From Octopus vulgaris (Eukaryota), in NCBI GenBank assembly GCA_951406725.2, contig OX597814.1:114204001-114268000 (forward strand): 64,000 nt of DNA. The letters are read 5' to 3'. Shown piece after piece: positions 1 through 12,948 of the stretch. The notes beneath the pieces were generated by a model. That model ran no database searches. It saw only the letters and a program-made list of their open reading frames with translations, and was not told the DNA's origin. Every line of letters starts with the position of its first letter. Position 1 is the stretch's first letter. The position numbers were made by a program, and so were the translations under genes.

Positions 1-64
1 CAAACTCATTTGATCCATACATGTAACTCACAATTAATGTGCTGAGTGTCCTTCTTTCATTTTT

Positions 65-435
65 AAAATGCACCATCCAAATGTGATCGATGCCAGCTCC
101 TTCGCCCCAACTGGCTCCTGTGCCAGTGGCATGTAAAAAGCACCATCTGAATGTGGCTTTTGCCAATGCCGCCTTGACTGGCTCCCATGCCAGTGGCACA
201 TAAAAACACCATCCAAACATGGTCAATGCCAGACATCTCCGGCCCCTGTGCCGGTTGCATGTAAAAGAACCCCACCCACAACACTCTTGGAGTTGTTGGT
301 GTTAGGAAGAGCATCCAGCTGTAGAAACACTGCCAGATCAGACTGGAGCCTGGTGCAGCCGCCTGGCTTCCCAGACCCCCAGTCAAATCGTCCAACCCAT
401 GTCAGTATAGAAAATGGACATTAAACGATGATGAT
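65..435 (+). mobile_element. RTE 3'-UTR fragment. Further copies at ~875-1205+, 4040-4250+, 11295-11495+, 14337-14708+, 15315-15700+, 16495-16800-, 17786-18250-, 22360-22740-, 26515-26925-, 27950-28345-, 34737-34872-, 36028-36316+, 39235-39655+, 40760-41115+, 41980-42335+, 45277-45537-
   Basis: Shared GGTTGGCGTTAGGAAGGGCATCCAGCTGTAGAAAC...CCAACCCATGCTAGCATGGAAAACGGACGTTAAAC(GAT)n with variable 5' truncation. Confidence 0.8.
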
Positions 436-1415
436 ATATATATATATATATATATATATGTTAGAAGACCTTGAAATATATATTTATATCTATGTACAAA
501 TAAGTTTTATTCCTAATATCCTCTGAAGAAATTTGTAGAATATACATATATCTTTTTACTCAGGGACTAGTAGACCCAACACCGTTTGGTAATTGCTGCA
601 CATTCAAAACCAGTGAACAGTAATTTATGAAACCGGTGTGACTTTGAATCTCTTTAATAATTCATAATAATTACTTTTATTCCACTTAATTCTACCTCAG
701 AACATCTAATTGTATATATTTATTGTTACTTTTCATAAAAAAGCCTTTATTTTTTGATATCCAATGTGCATTTTTACTTTTTTCTTCTTACTTTCCCCAT
801 ACCTTTTCCACATGTATTTTCTATTTTCTTTTTGAAACATATTTCTATTATATATATATATATGTGTGTGTGTCACCTTACTGGCACTTGTGATGGTGGC
901 ATGTGAAAAAACACTCGAACGAGGTCATTGCCTGTGCCGCTGGACTCGCTCCTGTGCAGGCGGCACATAAAAAGCACGATTGAGTGTGGCCGCTGCCAGT
1001 ACCGCCAGACTGGCCCACGTGCCAGTGGCACGTAAAAGCACCCACTGCACTCTCAGTGGTTGGCGTTAGGAAGGGCATCCATCCGTAGAAACTCTGCCAG
1101 ATCAGACTGGAGCCTGGTGCAGCCTTCTGGTTCGCCAGTCCTCAGTCAAATTGTCCACCCCATGCTAGCATGGAAAGTGGATGTCAAACGATGATGATGA
1201 TTATGATAAAATGCAATATTCAGTGTTCTAACATGACATACACATTGTTGGGTATAAAGATTGCTTTCTGATATTAATACTGCTTCTGTTGCTATACATA
1301 AGCTGTCATATACACACACACACATTAATTAGTGTATAAAACCAGAATCGTTCTTTCTGTAAACAAATAATTATTTAAAAAATCTATTTCTAAAACCAAG
1401 CAAGGAAAATCTCAC

Positions 1416-1526
1416 CTCTGAAAGATCAGTAAAGACACACAGACAAGCATTCATCAGGTCAGGAGGTGAAATGGAGACACACGTACCGCAGTATAGAACC
1501 TGGCTGAACAGAAGTGCTATGGCTGC
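1416..1526 (-). CDS. STK36: STK36/Fused internal exon (111 nt, phase 0->0): AAIALLFSQVLYCGTCVSISPPDLMNACLCVFTDLSE
   Basis: Acceptor gatttcttccag, donor gtgaga; other two frames contain stops; collinear with recalled human [37 protein letters not shown]. Confidence 0.8.
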
Positions 1527-3148
1527 CTGGAAGAAATCAAAACAGTATTTCAAAATATTTCTGACAAGAAATATTGTATATTAGCACCAATGTTTTATTG
1601 GTTATATTATTTACAAATGTGAAAGCAACAGAAAATGTGTAAGTATGTTCAAGAAATAGTAAATTGAATTACAAATAAATCAATTAAATGTTTTCTAGTA
1701 AGAAAACCAAATGAAGAATAAAGTTCTTGATAAAAAGTTACCAAATCTTTAAAATTTGTGTTTTTATGTATTCCAATGTATGTGTTTTGTCTCGTTCTTT
1801 TTCTGCATGAGATCAATGGCAAAAATATCAAGATGAAAAAAGAAAAATAGAAATCATTAACTCTTTACATTTATATAATGTTTACATCATATATTTTAAT
1901 TGTTTCAGTCATTAGACTGTGGCCATGCTGGGGCACCACCTTTAGTCAAGCAAATTGACCCCAGGACTTATTCTTTGTAAGCCTAGTACTTATTCTATTG
2001 GTCTCGTTTTCTGAACTGCTAAGTTACGGGGACGTAAACACACCAGCATCAGTTGTCAAGCAATGCTGGGGGGACAAACACACACACACATATATATATA
2101 TGTATGTGTATGTCTATATATATATACATATATATATATAAATATATATGTATGTATATATGATGGGCTTCTTTCAGTTTCCATGTACCAAATCCACTCA
2201 CAAGGCTTTGGTTGACCTGTGACTATAGTAGATGACACGTGCTCAAGGCGCCATACAGTGGGATTGAACCCGGAACCATGTAGTTGGGAAGCAAGCTTCT
2301 TACCACACAGCCACTCCTGTGTCTATGTTTAAGTTTATGTTCCATGCTGGCATTGGTAGGACAGTTTGACAGGATCTGTTGGGTCCAGGGACTGAATTGT
2401 ATACTAGTGTCTGTTTGGTATGGTTTTTATGGCTCAATGCTCTTCCTAATGCCAACAACTTCACAACATTTACTGAGTAGGTTTTTTTTTTCTCTTTCAT
2501 GGTACCAGTACCAGTAAGGTCACCGTTTAGTTTGCAAGATTATGGTCCTCTTTGATTAAATCACATAAAGGTGACTGAGATTACAACACACCCTCTTGAA
2601 TGGGATGCCAGTCCTTCACAGAGTTAACTCCCCAAATATTGCTGGAACCCATTTGCAGCTGAGTGGACTGGAGCAATTTTTTTCAAGAACAAAATGCAAT
2701 GCCTGGTCTAAGAATCGAAAACACAATTCCCTGATTGCTTAACAGAACTAAAATACGGAGTAAAATAATTATTTCTGCAATGAAACTAAAAAAAGAAAAG
2801 AGAAAATTCAAAGTGTGTGGTCAGAAAAGACAATCTTTTTCTGACGCTCAAGTAAATGTATTTGACAGTACACAATGCTTCATGACAACCATCGACCAAT
2901 AGAAAAGTCCTGAAGATGGCGTTAGTCAAGCATGAACAAATTCCAGATAATATGTCTTAGCTGTTTAGATTCGTTGCCCATAAAGGTGTTTAATAAACAA
3001 GGAAAAAAGAGAAGTAAATTCTATAAACATTTCTAGTAAGAGATACAGTCACAAAATGTCTGCCGAAAGACGTAATAATGACCATTTCAGTAAGCTTCCA
3101 AGACAACTTGACAAAAGGTAACTCGTGCATGTATAACAAACTAAAAGA

Positions 3149-3180
<32 letters not shown>

Positions 3181-5800
3181 AAATAGACTTGCATATAGAC
3201 TTCTGTTTATACTGCTTCGATAAATTGCAGGAAAATAACATGTGGATATACCTATAAAGAGATTGTACATTTGGCATTCCATTCAAATTCATACCATTGT
3301 TAACAAAGTTAAACAGGAAATAAAATGAATATTTGATGTAAGAGAAACTGATTATATTTAATCACAGAATAAAGTAAAAAAAATATCTTTAATACATATC
3401 AGAAATAATAGAAATGGAGATACAGACTACGATAGAGATGTGTGAATAAAAACATGGTTTGCAAACATTAATAAATGTTTCCAAATGTAGATTGTAATTT
3501 GCAGCATCAGTCTTACCTTTCATAGATTCACATTACAGCTGCTCTGTGACAGAACCATATTCTGTTTGTTCGTTTTTATGTCTATTTTTCCATGCTAGCA
3601 TGGGTTAGATGAGTGTATTATTGAGGCATTAGTTTGATTTTTTTACAGCTGAATACCCTTCTTGTTGCTAACACTTGGCTGTTTTATCTTTTCTAAGTAT
3701 GAGATGTCACCTCAATAGTAAATGGGCTACTTCTGTCCCTCCATCATACTCAAAACTCTTGGTTTCATTCCATCTCTCAGCTGAGAGGCCCTTGTATTGG
3801 ATGCTTGTGAGTGCTGATGCTATGTAAAAAGCACTCATGCTGGTGCCATATAAAAAGTAGCAATCATCATCATTTAGTATCTGTTTTCCATGCTGGCATA
3901 GGTTAGCTGATTAGACTGGGACTAGTAAGTGGGAGAAATGCACCGGTTTCCATCGTCCATTTTAACTTGGTTTCTATGGCTGGATGCCCTTCCTAACACC
4001 AACCACTCCACAGAGTGTAGTGGGTGTAAATAGTGCCATCTAAAATGCCATTGTGCTGGTGCCGTGTAAAACGCACCTTCACAGGTGCCATGCAAAAAGC
4101 AGCCAGTACACTCAGAAAGTGGTTGGCATCAGGAAGAGCATCCAGATGTAGAAACCATTCTAAAACAGACAATTGGAGCCTGGTGCAGCTCCTGTAAAAG
4201 CATCTAACCCATGCCAGCATGGAAAATGGACATTAAATGATGATGATCAAACACATGATGGGTGTCTTTCCCAGTTTTCATTTGCTACATCTGCTCCCTT
4301 GATTTTTGGTTAGCTCCAGGCCATAACAGAAGGTACCTGCCCAAGGTACCACACATGAGATTAATCCCAAAACCTTGTGGTTGCAAAGCAAATTTCTTAA
4401 TAACACAGCCATACTTGTATTATAATTTTTTTTAAAATCAATTGTATGGAATATAATAAATACAGTAGTATCACAGTGTGATTGGCACTGCTGCCAAAGG
4501 TTTCCTGAAAATCAGTTCTCAGTCACTTCAAAATGGTAAGTGATCAACATGCCAGACCAAACTAATGCAGATTCTGCCCAGACAAATACTGTATAAACCC
4601 ATTCCTTACACTTTAACAGTGGAGGTGCAATAGCCCAGTGTTTAGGGCCACAGACTCATGGTTGTAGAATCACGGTTTTGATTCCGATACCAGTGTGAGT
4701 GTTTGAGCAAAAACACCTAAAAGCTCCACAAGGCTCCGGCAGTGGGTGGTGGTGAACCCTGCTGTACTCTTACACCACAACTTCCATGCTTTCTTCCTGT
4801 TTCTGTTGTACTTGTATTTCAAAGGGGCCAGCCTTATCACACTCTGTGTCATACTGAATCTCCCTGAGAACTACATTAAGGGTATATGTATCGGTGGAGT
4901 GTTCATCCACTTGCACATTAATTTCATGAGCAGGCTATTCCGTTGATCGGATCAACTGGAACCCTCGTCGTCATAACCAACGAAGTGCCACAACGACACT
5001 ATTTCTCCGACAAAGACACACCTATCAACAACAGACAGTTATGGTTTCCGTTGACTTCAATGCTATTATCATTGTTGTGGATTCACTAGGCCCCCAGAAA
5101 ATTCTTGTATCAGATGGTAAATGCCATAAGTTGGGTTGACAAGGGTTTACACCAGGGTCAAGGTTTACAGAGAAAGGAAGCGATGGGAAGGAAAGTGATT
5201 GGTTTGAAGGAGAAAAATAGAAGAGAGCATGGAATTAAAAGACCAGGAAGGGTGAGTAAAGGCTGCAAGGGAGTTGGGAAGAGTAAGAGATGATTCGAAA
5301 TAGGTGTAGGAGTAAATGTAAAGAATGGCATGCGTGTGTGGGAGGGGTTATTGAATGGGGGTGTGGAGGAATGGTGATAAGAATATGGGATGAATGTCAA
5401 TAGAAATGGCTCAGGGGAGAGGAAGTGATGACTGGCAGTATAGAAAGAGTGATGAGCAGTAGAATAATACAGTAGATAGGGGAAGGGATGAAAGGGTTAG
5501 AGATAGGGAGATGGAGGTGGGATAAAGTTTGCGAGAGTATGGGGGTTAGAGCAAGACATGGATGGAGATGGTCAGAGGTCTGTGTGTGTGTAGCCATGTA
5601 GTTCCTCTACATCAAGAACCTGCTCTACTCCAACCTTTTCTCTCATACCTGGAAGTTAAAGGCCTTCCAGGCCTCAATGTGTTGCTAGTATGTAGTTCCA
5701 TATTTTACACAACAGACCTGAGAATGGATACATAGATTGCCAAGTGCCCAGGAGACTTGGTATGAAGATGAGATGAACATTTAGAAATACTACACACACA

Positions 5801-6186
5801 TAGGCGTAGGAGTGGCTGTGTGGTAAGTAGCTTACTTATGAACTGCATGGTTCCAGGTTCAGTGCCACTGTGAGGCACCTTGGGCAAGTGTCTTCTACTA
5901 TGGTCTCGGGCCGACCAAAGCCTTGTGAGTGGATTTGGTAGACAGAAACTGAAAGAAGCCCATCATATATATGTGTATGTATATGTTTGTGTGTCTGTAT
6001 TTGTCCCCCAACATCGCTTGATAACCGATGCTGGTGTGTTTATGTCCCTGTAACTTAGTGGTTCAGCAAAAGAGAACCGATAGAATAAGTAATAGGCTTA
6101 AAGAATAAGTCCTGGGGTCGATTTGCTTGACTAAAGGTGGTGCTCCAGCATGGCCACAGTCAAATGACTGAAACAAGTAAAAGAGT
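5801..6186 (+). mobile_element. tRNA-derived SINE family A (~390 bp). Further copies at ~1900-2319-, 13195-13555-, 15701-16905+ (nested), 15912-16321-, 18308-18610-, 25556-25898-, 32793-33192+, 35334-35730+, 37995-38425+, 43932-44305+, 51745-52132+, 52798-53203+, 61470-61866-, 62190-62582-, 62904-63294+
   Basis: A box TGGCTGTGTGG, B box GGTTCAGTCC, CORE-like CACCTTGGGCAAGTG, central (TA/TG)n, tail GCTCCAGCATGGCCACAGTCAAATGACTGAAACAAGTAAAAGAG. Confidence 0.9.
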
Positions 6187-6491
6187 ATACACATAGAAAG
6201 TGTCTGAGAAAGTAAAGAAAGAAGAGAAAGAGAGCATGTGTGTGTGTAATGTATATATGATATTGTCCTAGTTAATGCATTTTCAAGTGAGAAACACCAA
6301 TGTACATTAAACCTACATAACTGCCCCCACTTTGCATTTATTTATAAGTAGGGAAATTCACTTCTCAGAAGGCCGGATTGCTGAGACAATTTTGAAGTCA
6401 CGGATATAAGTCACCAGAATAAATAGCAAACGAAGATGATTACTAAAGAATATCAATCATTTATCCTTTTTTTTTTTTTTTTTTTACTTAC

Positions 6492-6555
6492 TGTGTGATT
6501 GGCAAATTGAGATTCTAAGAAGGAAGATACGATCAATTCAGAAGAATTCTTTAGG
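6492..6555 (-). CDS. STK36: STK36/Fused internal exon (64 nt, phase 2->0): LKNSSELIVSSFLESQFANHT
   Basis: Acceptor ctttttcaatgttgcag, donor gtaagt; phase and 21-aa length fill the gap between the flanking exons. Confidence 0.75.
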
Positions 6556-7452
6556 CTGCAACATTGAAAAAGTAAAATACAATATTAGTGCAAAAATGAT
6601 TACAAAGAAATCAAATAAGCAGCTTCTAATGCAGCTGAAGCTAAAATGAAGAATGTTAATATTCATCATGTATATGGATCATCGCTGTCATCACCATTGT
6701 CGTTGTTGTCATCATCATCATCATCATCATCATCTGAATAACAACTCTAAAATGTTTAGTAGTTTTTAAAATAAAACATTACTTCATTTTTGCATTCCAG
6801 TTTGTAAACGTAAGCATGCCGGGCAAAATGTGGAGCCGTATTTCGACTGTCGTTACGTTCTGAATTCAAATTCTGCCGAGGTCAACTTTGCCTTTCATCC
6901 TCTCGGGGTAGATAAATTAAGTACCAGTTACACACTGGGGTCGATGTAATTGACTTAATCCGTTTGTCTGTCCTTGTTTGTCCCCTCTGTGTTTAGCCCC
7001 TTGTGGGTAGTAAAGAAATAGGTATTTCGTCTGCCGTTACATTCTGAGTTCAAAGGGACAGAGGGGACAAACAAGGACAGACAAATGGATTAAGTCGATT
7101 ACATCGACCCCCAGTGTGTAACTGGTACTTAATTTATCGACCCCGATAGGATGAAAGGCAAAGTTGACCGTGGCAGAATTTGAACTCAGAACGTAACAGC
7201 AAATTCCATCAAGGTTGACTTTGCCACACCTACACTTATTTATCTGTGTTTTATAGGGATCTTAACACACAATATGTGGCAGTTTTCAAGATTTACATAC
7301 CTTTCATTACAGTTTGTATAATCTATATCTATTTATATACATGTATGTGTAAACACACACACACAAGCATGTTTTTAGCATTTAACACTCAATATATAAC
7401 AGTCGTCAAGATTAAAATAGGATTTTTCATTATCACTTCTAATGATCTAGAT

Positions 7453-10276
7453 CAGGGGTCTCCAAAGTTTTCCAGCGGAGAGCCACATTGCTGAATTTTT
7501 AAAGCTACGGGGGCCAAGGTTCTAAATTATTTATTTTACCAAAATAATATAAATAAATAGTGAATTAATAATTAAAAAAGGTTATTTATTCAGTACATAA
7601 TCACAATGTATATAATATCAGTAACAATTAACATGTTTTTTTTAACTTTGATCAATAGGGGAAACATGAAATTGTTTCATTTCTGACAAAATTTTGTCCA
7701 ACTGAGGTTCAAAATGAGTGGTTCCAATAACAAGCAATGCATTTAAATGTTCATCAGACAATTGTGATCTGTAGCAGGATTTTGTGTATTTCATCTTTGA
7801 AAAAGTCTTCTCACACAAATATGTGGTGCCAAAAACTGAAATGAATTCACAGGCAAACCTCCTTAAATGAAGAAATTGGTCGGATGGAAGGCATTTGTAG
7901 AATTCAATCAAATTTCCCTCTTTATATTTGTCCTTCAGGATGTCATTGGATTGCAAATCAATAACTTCCATTTGTAACTCAGAAGGTAAGTCTCCAATAA
8001 CAGAGTTAAATGGATTTTCAAAAATTCTTAGTTTTGAAGAACATGCATCAAGATCAGAAAAACGTTCTTCAAACTGTTGTTTCAAAGCTAAAATGACATC
8101 TTGAGCAAACAAGTTTGGAAATGGAGTGGCAGGTTCCTGTCTATATTTGTCACATCGTGAAAAATGAGTAAAGCAGCTTCTTGTTAACTGACTTTCAAAT
8201 AGTATTAATTTCTTACGAAAAGCTTTCACCTTTGAGTACAAATCACAGATGAGTGAAGTTTCACCTTGTATCCGTAGGATGAAATCATTGAGATGCATAG
8301 TTAAATCGGCTGAAAATGCTAATTTCCAGAGCCATTCACTGTCTTTGAGCAACACCTGTGAATGGTTTTTCTCATTTAAAAATATTTCAATTTCAGTTCG
8401 AAGCTCAAAAAATCTAGCCAGAATTTTTCCATAGCTAAGCCATCTTACTGAAGTATAGTAAGGTAGGTCTGGAAACTCAGCATTCATTTCCTCCAAGAAA
8501 TCACGAAATTGGCGATGTTTGAGTCCATGAGATCTTATGTAGTTAACAGTGGAAATCACAGGATCTAATACAGATGATAAATCAAGATGCTTTCCACACA
8601 GTGCTTGCTGATGAAGAATACAATGCAATACCAAAGGTTTCAATCCACCGGAATTCTCAATTACTTTGTTAATTTGCCCAACTAAGCCCTTTTTGGTTCC
8701 ACACATATTTCTGCCACCATCTGTTGTTATGCATTTTAGTTTTTTCCATTCCAAATTATACTCAGCCACTGACTTTTCCACTTCTCTAAAAATATCTATG
8801 CCTGTTGTTGTTCCATGCATGCTGTGCACAGATACAAGTTCCTCAGTAATCTCAAAATTGGCATTTATTCCTCTGATGAACAATAACAATTGGGATGTGT
8901 CTGATACATCAATTGACTCATCAAGTGCAACAGAAAAGCATACAAACTTGCTGGCTTTGTCTTTTAGCTGTGATTTAATATTTCTTTCAATATGTTCAAC
9001 CCTACGAGCAACAGTGTTCGCAGAAAGACTAATTGCGGAAAATAAATCTACGTTTTCTGGACACATTTCCTTAGCTACCTCATTCAAGCACTTTTTAATA
9101 AGTTCACCATCTGTAAATGGCTTACCTTTCTTTGCCAAAAGGTTAGCAACATGGAAGCTTGCTCTTGTTGCTCTCTCTTTTTCTACAGCCTTCTTCTTGA
9201 AAACAAACTGCATTGATGATAAATTCTTCTTTAATTTGTCAAATTTCTCTTTACGTAGCTGTCCAATGAATTGGTAGTACTGTGATGAATGCTTTTTTTC
9301 ATAATGTCTCCGAATGTTGTACTCTTTAAGTACTGCAATTGTGTCGGTGCATATAACGCATAGTGCCTTGTTGTTTGACTCTATGACAAAATAGTCTATG
9401 TTCCATTGTTCCTTAAAAACTCTACACTCAGAGTCGATTTTTCGTTTTCTTCCTTGAGCTAACATTTTTACCATGGGTCGACAGATTTTGCTCGACGATA
9501 TATGTAAAAGGACGAAACAAGTAAAAACAATATTCACAGGTCACTCGATATGTGCATTCACTTCGGCAGCGACGACGACAAATGACTCACACTTGTGCAC
9601 AATGAAAACGCCAAGTCTGTGCTGACTGACGGAATGCGCATCGAACTTTACTCCACGCTGATTGGCGACTGCACCAGGATTAGAAACCACCACACAACGT
9701 CAGGCTCAACCCTCTCTATTCATCGCTCGTGAGATGTAGGTAACATCGATAAATCGATATTTGTCTTCTTTTATTATACTAGGCACGGGACTTTTATTAA
9801 CGTCATACTTGTTGTATCTGCTCTCTCGACAGTTGACGGAATAGGTTGACTTTTCTGCGACATCAATAAAGCTAGAAATTGAATCTCTGCTTCATTGTAA
9901 GCAGCACCATCCATCTCACTGACAATCGCCTATTATCTAAGATGAATGATAGGTAGCTCCATAGCGAAGTTAATTCATTTTATGGTGGTTCTGATGGGTC
10001 AGTTAAAACGGGGGAGTGGAAAAGAACCTATATTTACACTAAAGTTTAGTGTATAAATTTTTAATTCGCCGGCGCAATTTAAAGACATTAATTGATGGCA
10101 AATCAATTAGCGTCATCTTGCGTCTATTTGCTGTACTATATTTGTCAAACATATTAAAAGGGGTGTAAAGTATATTTGTTTTTGTATGATTTCGGCAAGG
10201 CTTGTTTTTCGACATTTGTTTTATAATTTTGGAGGACAGCTCGGCGGGCCGGATTAAAAACCTTTGGAGACCCCTG
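7453..10276 (-). mobile_element. hAT DNA transposon (Buster/Charlie-like), copy 1, 2824 bp
   Basis: 15-bp TIRs CAGGGGTCTCCAAAG; perfect 8-bp TSD ATCTAGAT (7445-7452, 10277-10284) with central TA; single transposase ORF. Confidence 0.97.
7642..9474 (-). CDS. hAT transposase (GTF2IRD2/SPIN/Buster-like), 610 aa from first ATG
   Basis: BED-type CxxC...RRHYEKKH finger, catalytic ALDES, TTDGG, CILH (CxxH), VRWLS, YLCEKTFS; no stops or frameshifts. Confidence 0.95.
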   Translation of the reverse strand: MVKMLAQGRKRKIDSECRVFKEQWNIDYFVIESNNKALCVICTDTIAVLKEYNIRRHYEKKHSSQYYQFIGQLRKEKFDKLKKNLSSMQFVFKKKAVEKERATRASFHVANLLAKKGKPFTDGELIKKCLNEVAKEMCPENVDLFSAISLSANTVARRVEHIERNIKSQLKDKASKFVCFSVALDESIDVSDTSQLLLFIRGINANFEITEELVSVHSMHGTTTGIDIFREVEKSVAEYNLEWKKLKCITTDGGRNMCGTKKGLVGQINKVIENSGGLKPLVLHCILHQQALCGKHLDLSSVLDPVISTVNYIRSHGLKHRQFRDFLEEMNAEFPDLPYYTSVRWLSYGKILARFFELRTEIEIFLNEKNHSQVLLKDSEWLWKLAFSADLTMHLNDFILRIQGETSLICDLYSKVKAFRKKLILFESQLTRSCFTHFSRCDKYRQEPATPFPNLFAQDVILALKQQFEERFSDLDACSSKLRIFENPFNSVIGDLPSELQMEVIDLQSNDILKDKYKEGNLIEFYKCLPSDQFLHLRRFACEFISVFGTTYLCEKTFSKMKYTKSCYRSQLSDEHLNALLVIGTTHFEPQLDKILSEMKQFHVSPIDQS

Positions 10277-10847
10277 ATCTAGATAATTAACCAATAATGA
10301 TATAGACGTAAAGCTTCGATTATCAACAATGCTAGAGACTTAAAGCCTCCACTAATTATCAATAAATGATATAGACTTAAGATTTTTGTTAATTTCAGAT
10401 GAAATACCATTAAATGTTAAATAATTTGAATTCCTAAATCAAAATATACTCTCTCCTTCTATCATGCATGTTAATGAGATGCAATGGCTGTGAGGGTATT
10501 TGTTTCCCTTCATCAAGAATTGAAACCTTGTCACAGTCATTTATTGTGCTCTACAGCAAGGAGTATAATGTTGCTTTGACAAATACAGTGATGTTTATGC
10601 TATACTGATGAGCCCATAATAAAACCAAATCATGTCTGATATTGTCTCCCTTGGTTACCTAAACAATTAAAACAACTATAGCCATTGGCCAATATTACAT
10701 TTTTTTCACAACATAATCATTTCTTTTTTTTTTCTTTTTCAATGCTCACTGTATTAAATGTTGACACTAACTTTCTCATGCAGATGGTGCCTCTGAGTTA
10801 TTTACTCTCTAAACAATTCTGTTTCTCTGTGCCAACTAATGTATAAT

Positions 10848-11107
10848 AAAATAAAATAAATGTGCCCTTTTAAAGCCTAGTCAGGCTCATGGGCCCGGTT
10901 TCCTGGTTTCTATGGCATATGTGTTCCCCAGCTGGACGGGATGCCAGTCCATTGCAGCATTACTCATTTTTGCCAACTGAGTGAACTGGAGCAACATGAA
11001 ATGAAGTGTTTTGCTCAAGAACACAATGCATCACCCGATCCAGGAATCGAAACCACAATCTTACGATCATGATGCTGACACCCTAACCACTAAACCACGC
11101 ACCTCCA
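10848..11107 (-). mobile_element. tRNA-derived SINE (family C variant) with 15-bp TSD; second copy at ~16925-17186
   Basis: TSD CAACTAATGTATAAT at 10833-10847 and 11108-11122; A/B-box head; (TTTTA)n tail. Second copy is flanked by ACATGGTGATAAT. Confidence 0.85.
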
Positions 11108-12552
11108 CAACTAATGTATAATCTTGTACATATTTACTCAGTGCTTCTATAAACATTACTCTGACAAATGTGTTGAAATAGATGCCTTACTGTTGAGGCT
11201 ACAATAATGTCAAAACATATCCATATAATAGTAAACATTTACTGATATTGTTTGTTTTTCTCCTCACTTTAGTGTTTATAGTTAATTTCTTTGATGCTCT
11301 GGCTCCTGTGGCGGTGGCATGTAAAAAGCACCCACTACACTCATGGAGTGGTTGGTGTTAAGAAGGGCATCCAGCTGTAGAAACACTGCCAGATCAGACT
11401 GGAGCCTGGTGCAGCCCCCTGGCTTCCCAGACCCCGGTCAAACTGTCCAACCCATGCTAGCATGGAAAACGGACATATGATGATGATGATGATGATTCCT
11501 AAAACCACCTGTGTATCTTGCTAAATGCAAATACATCACAGAAAGCCTAATTAAGTGTGGTATTTGTGCAGAGATAATACCTCTTATGGATTTCTTGTGT
11601 TTTAAAAAACACAAAAATATATGTAAGTAGCAGATGAAAATTATCCAGCTTTGGCAGAGAATCCTAGATGCTCATTTCTGCCTCTGAGTTTTGTCAATAG
11701 CCTGGACACTTTGGCAGCTGCAGGCCAAGAAAAAAAGTCATCATCACTGATACAAGCAGAAATGTGTATCTGGCATTCTCACTGTCCACTGTTGGAGGGG
11801 TTTTGTCTGCTTTTGATGTAATTTTGTTTTCTTTAAGAGAGGACATCATCATCATCATCTAGCATCCATTTTCCATGCTGGTATGGATTTAGATGGTCTG
11901 ACAAGAGCTGCACCAGATTCCATTGTGTGTTCTGGCATGGTTTCTACATCTGGATGCCCTTCCTAATGCTAGTCACTCTACAGAATGTACTGGGTGTGGT
12001 TTATGTGGAACCAGCACAATCTGAATTTTTTAATAAAATGTAAATATTTTGAAATAATTATGAGAATACATTTTTATATTTACTGTATACTAATCTGAAT
12101 AAAAACAACAGTAACCTGGGTAACACCGAGTCATTCAGCTAGTACCCTAATAATAGTCTATTTTCTATTGTCAACATACAATGAAGGCTCATAATTCTCT
12201 TTAGAAAATTTCAGTCACCACCATTTCTTAATTCACACAGAATCTACATGTAGTGGATCTTGCATGCATGAAGTGGATTCAATCCACCATAGCGAAATTT
12301 AAATTACCACTGCAACAGAACTTTTCCTACAGTGGAACAATGGTTTTTCTCTGACAGCAGTTTTACATTTTCCAGATACCTTTAACTAGGCCAAAATAAT
12401 GTCTTCACCACTTGATCCTTTCTAACTTCTTCTACTCCACCAAAAGCTAGAATAGAGATAACAAGACCACCAACTAAATCTATTGTTCTCAATGATATAT
12501 CTATCCTTCTGGATCTTTATATAAGCAAGCACATCCCAAGCAAAAATCAGTT

Positions 12553-12948
12553 TGTCACAGTCGTCACGACCCAACGCAGTTGGTCACCTTGGTGACAAAC
12601 TCATGAGTTGAGAGAGAGCTAACATCAGTTGGTGAATCATGGAAGCAGGCAGACTAAACGGCCAGAGGGAAAAAGAAAGACAACATCTCACACTTTCTCA
12701 CTCTCACTAGCTCCAATTCTGATCTCTTACAACATCTCTCTGTATTTACTACTAAACAATGAAGAGGACACAAACACAAACTTTACTTCGCATGCTTTTG
12801 GATGTATCAAAACCTGCCCGTCGAGGCAAGGTATTGTAACCTAACAGTAAATAAATACTTTCTTAAAACTTCATGCATTGTTCATCTTTCACATCTTACA
12901 ACATGCAATCATAATAACTTTTTATCGTTGCAATTGCTGACTACGACA
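12553..12948 (+). mobile_element. Possible solo LTR
   Basis: TG...CA ends with imperfect inverted termini tgtcacagtc / gactacgaca and internal AATAAA; no clean TSD. Confidence 0.4.

Noticed and set aside
8666-9277. 203-aa plus-strand ORF, repeated at 58873-59484
   Set aside because: Antisense shadow of the transposase with no recognisable motif and a non-ATG start.
9475-9537. 21-aa N-terminal extension of the transposase in the ORF track
   Set aside because: It begins at GTG; the first ATG is at 9474 (59681 in copy 2).
7453-10276. The two hAT copies as an assembly or segmental duplication
   Set aside because: Different perfect TSDs, unrelated flanks, scattered substitutions and a 32-bp indel indicate separate transpositions.
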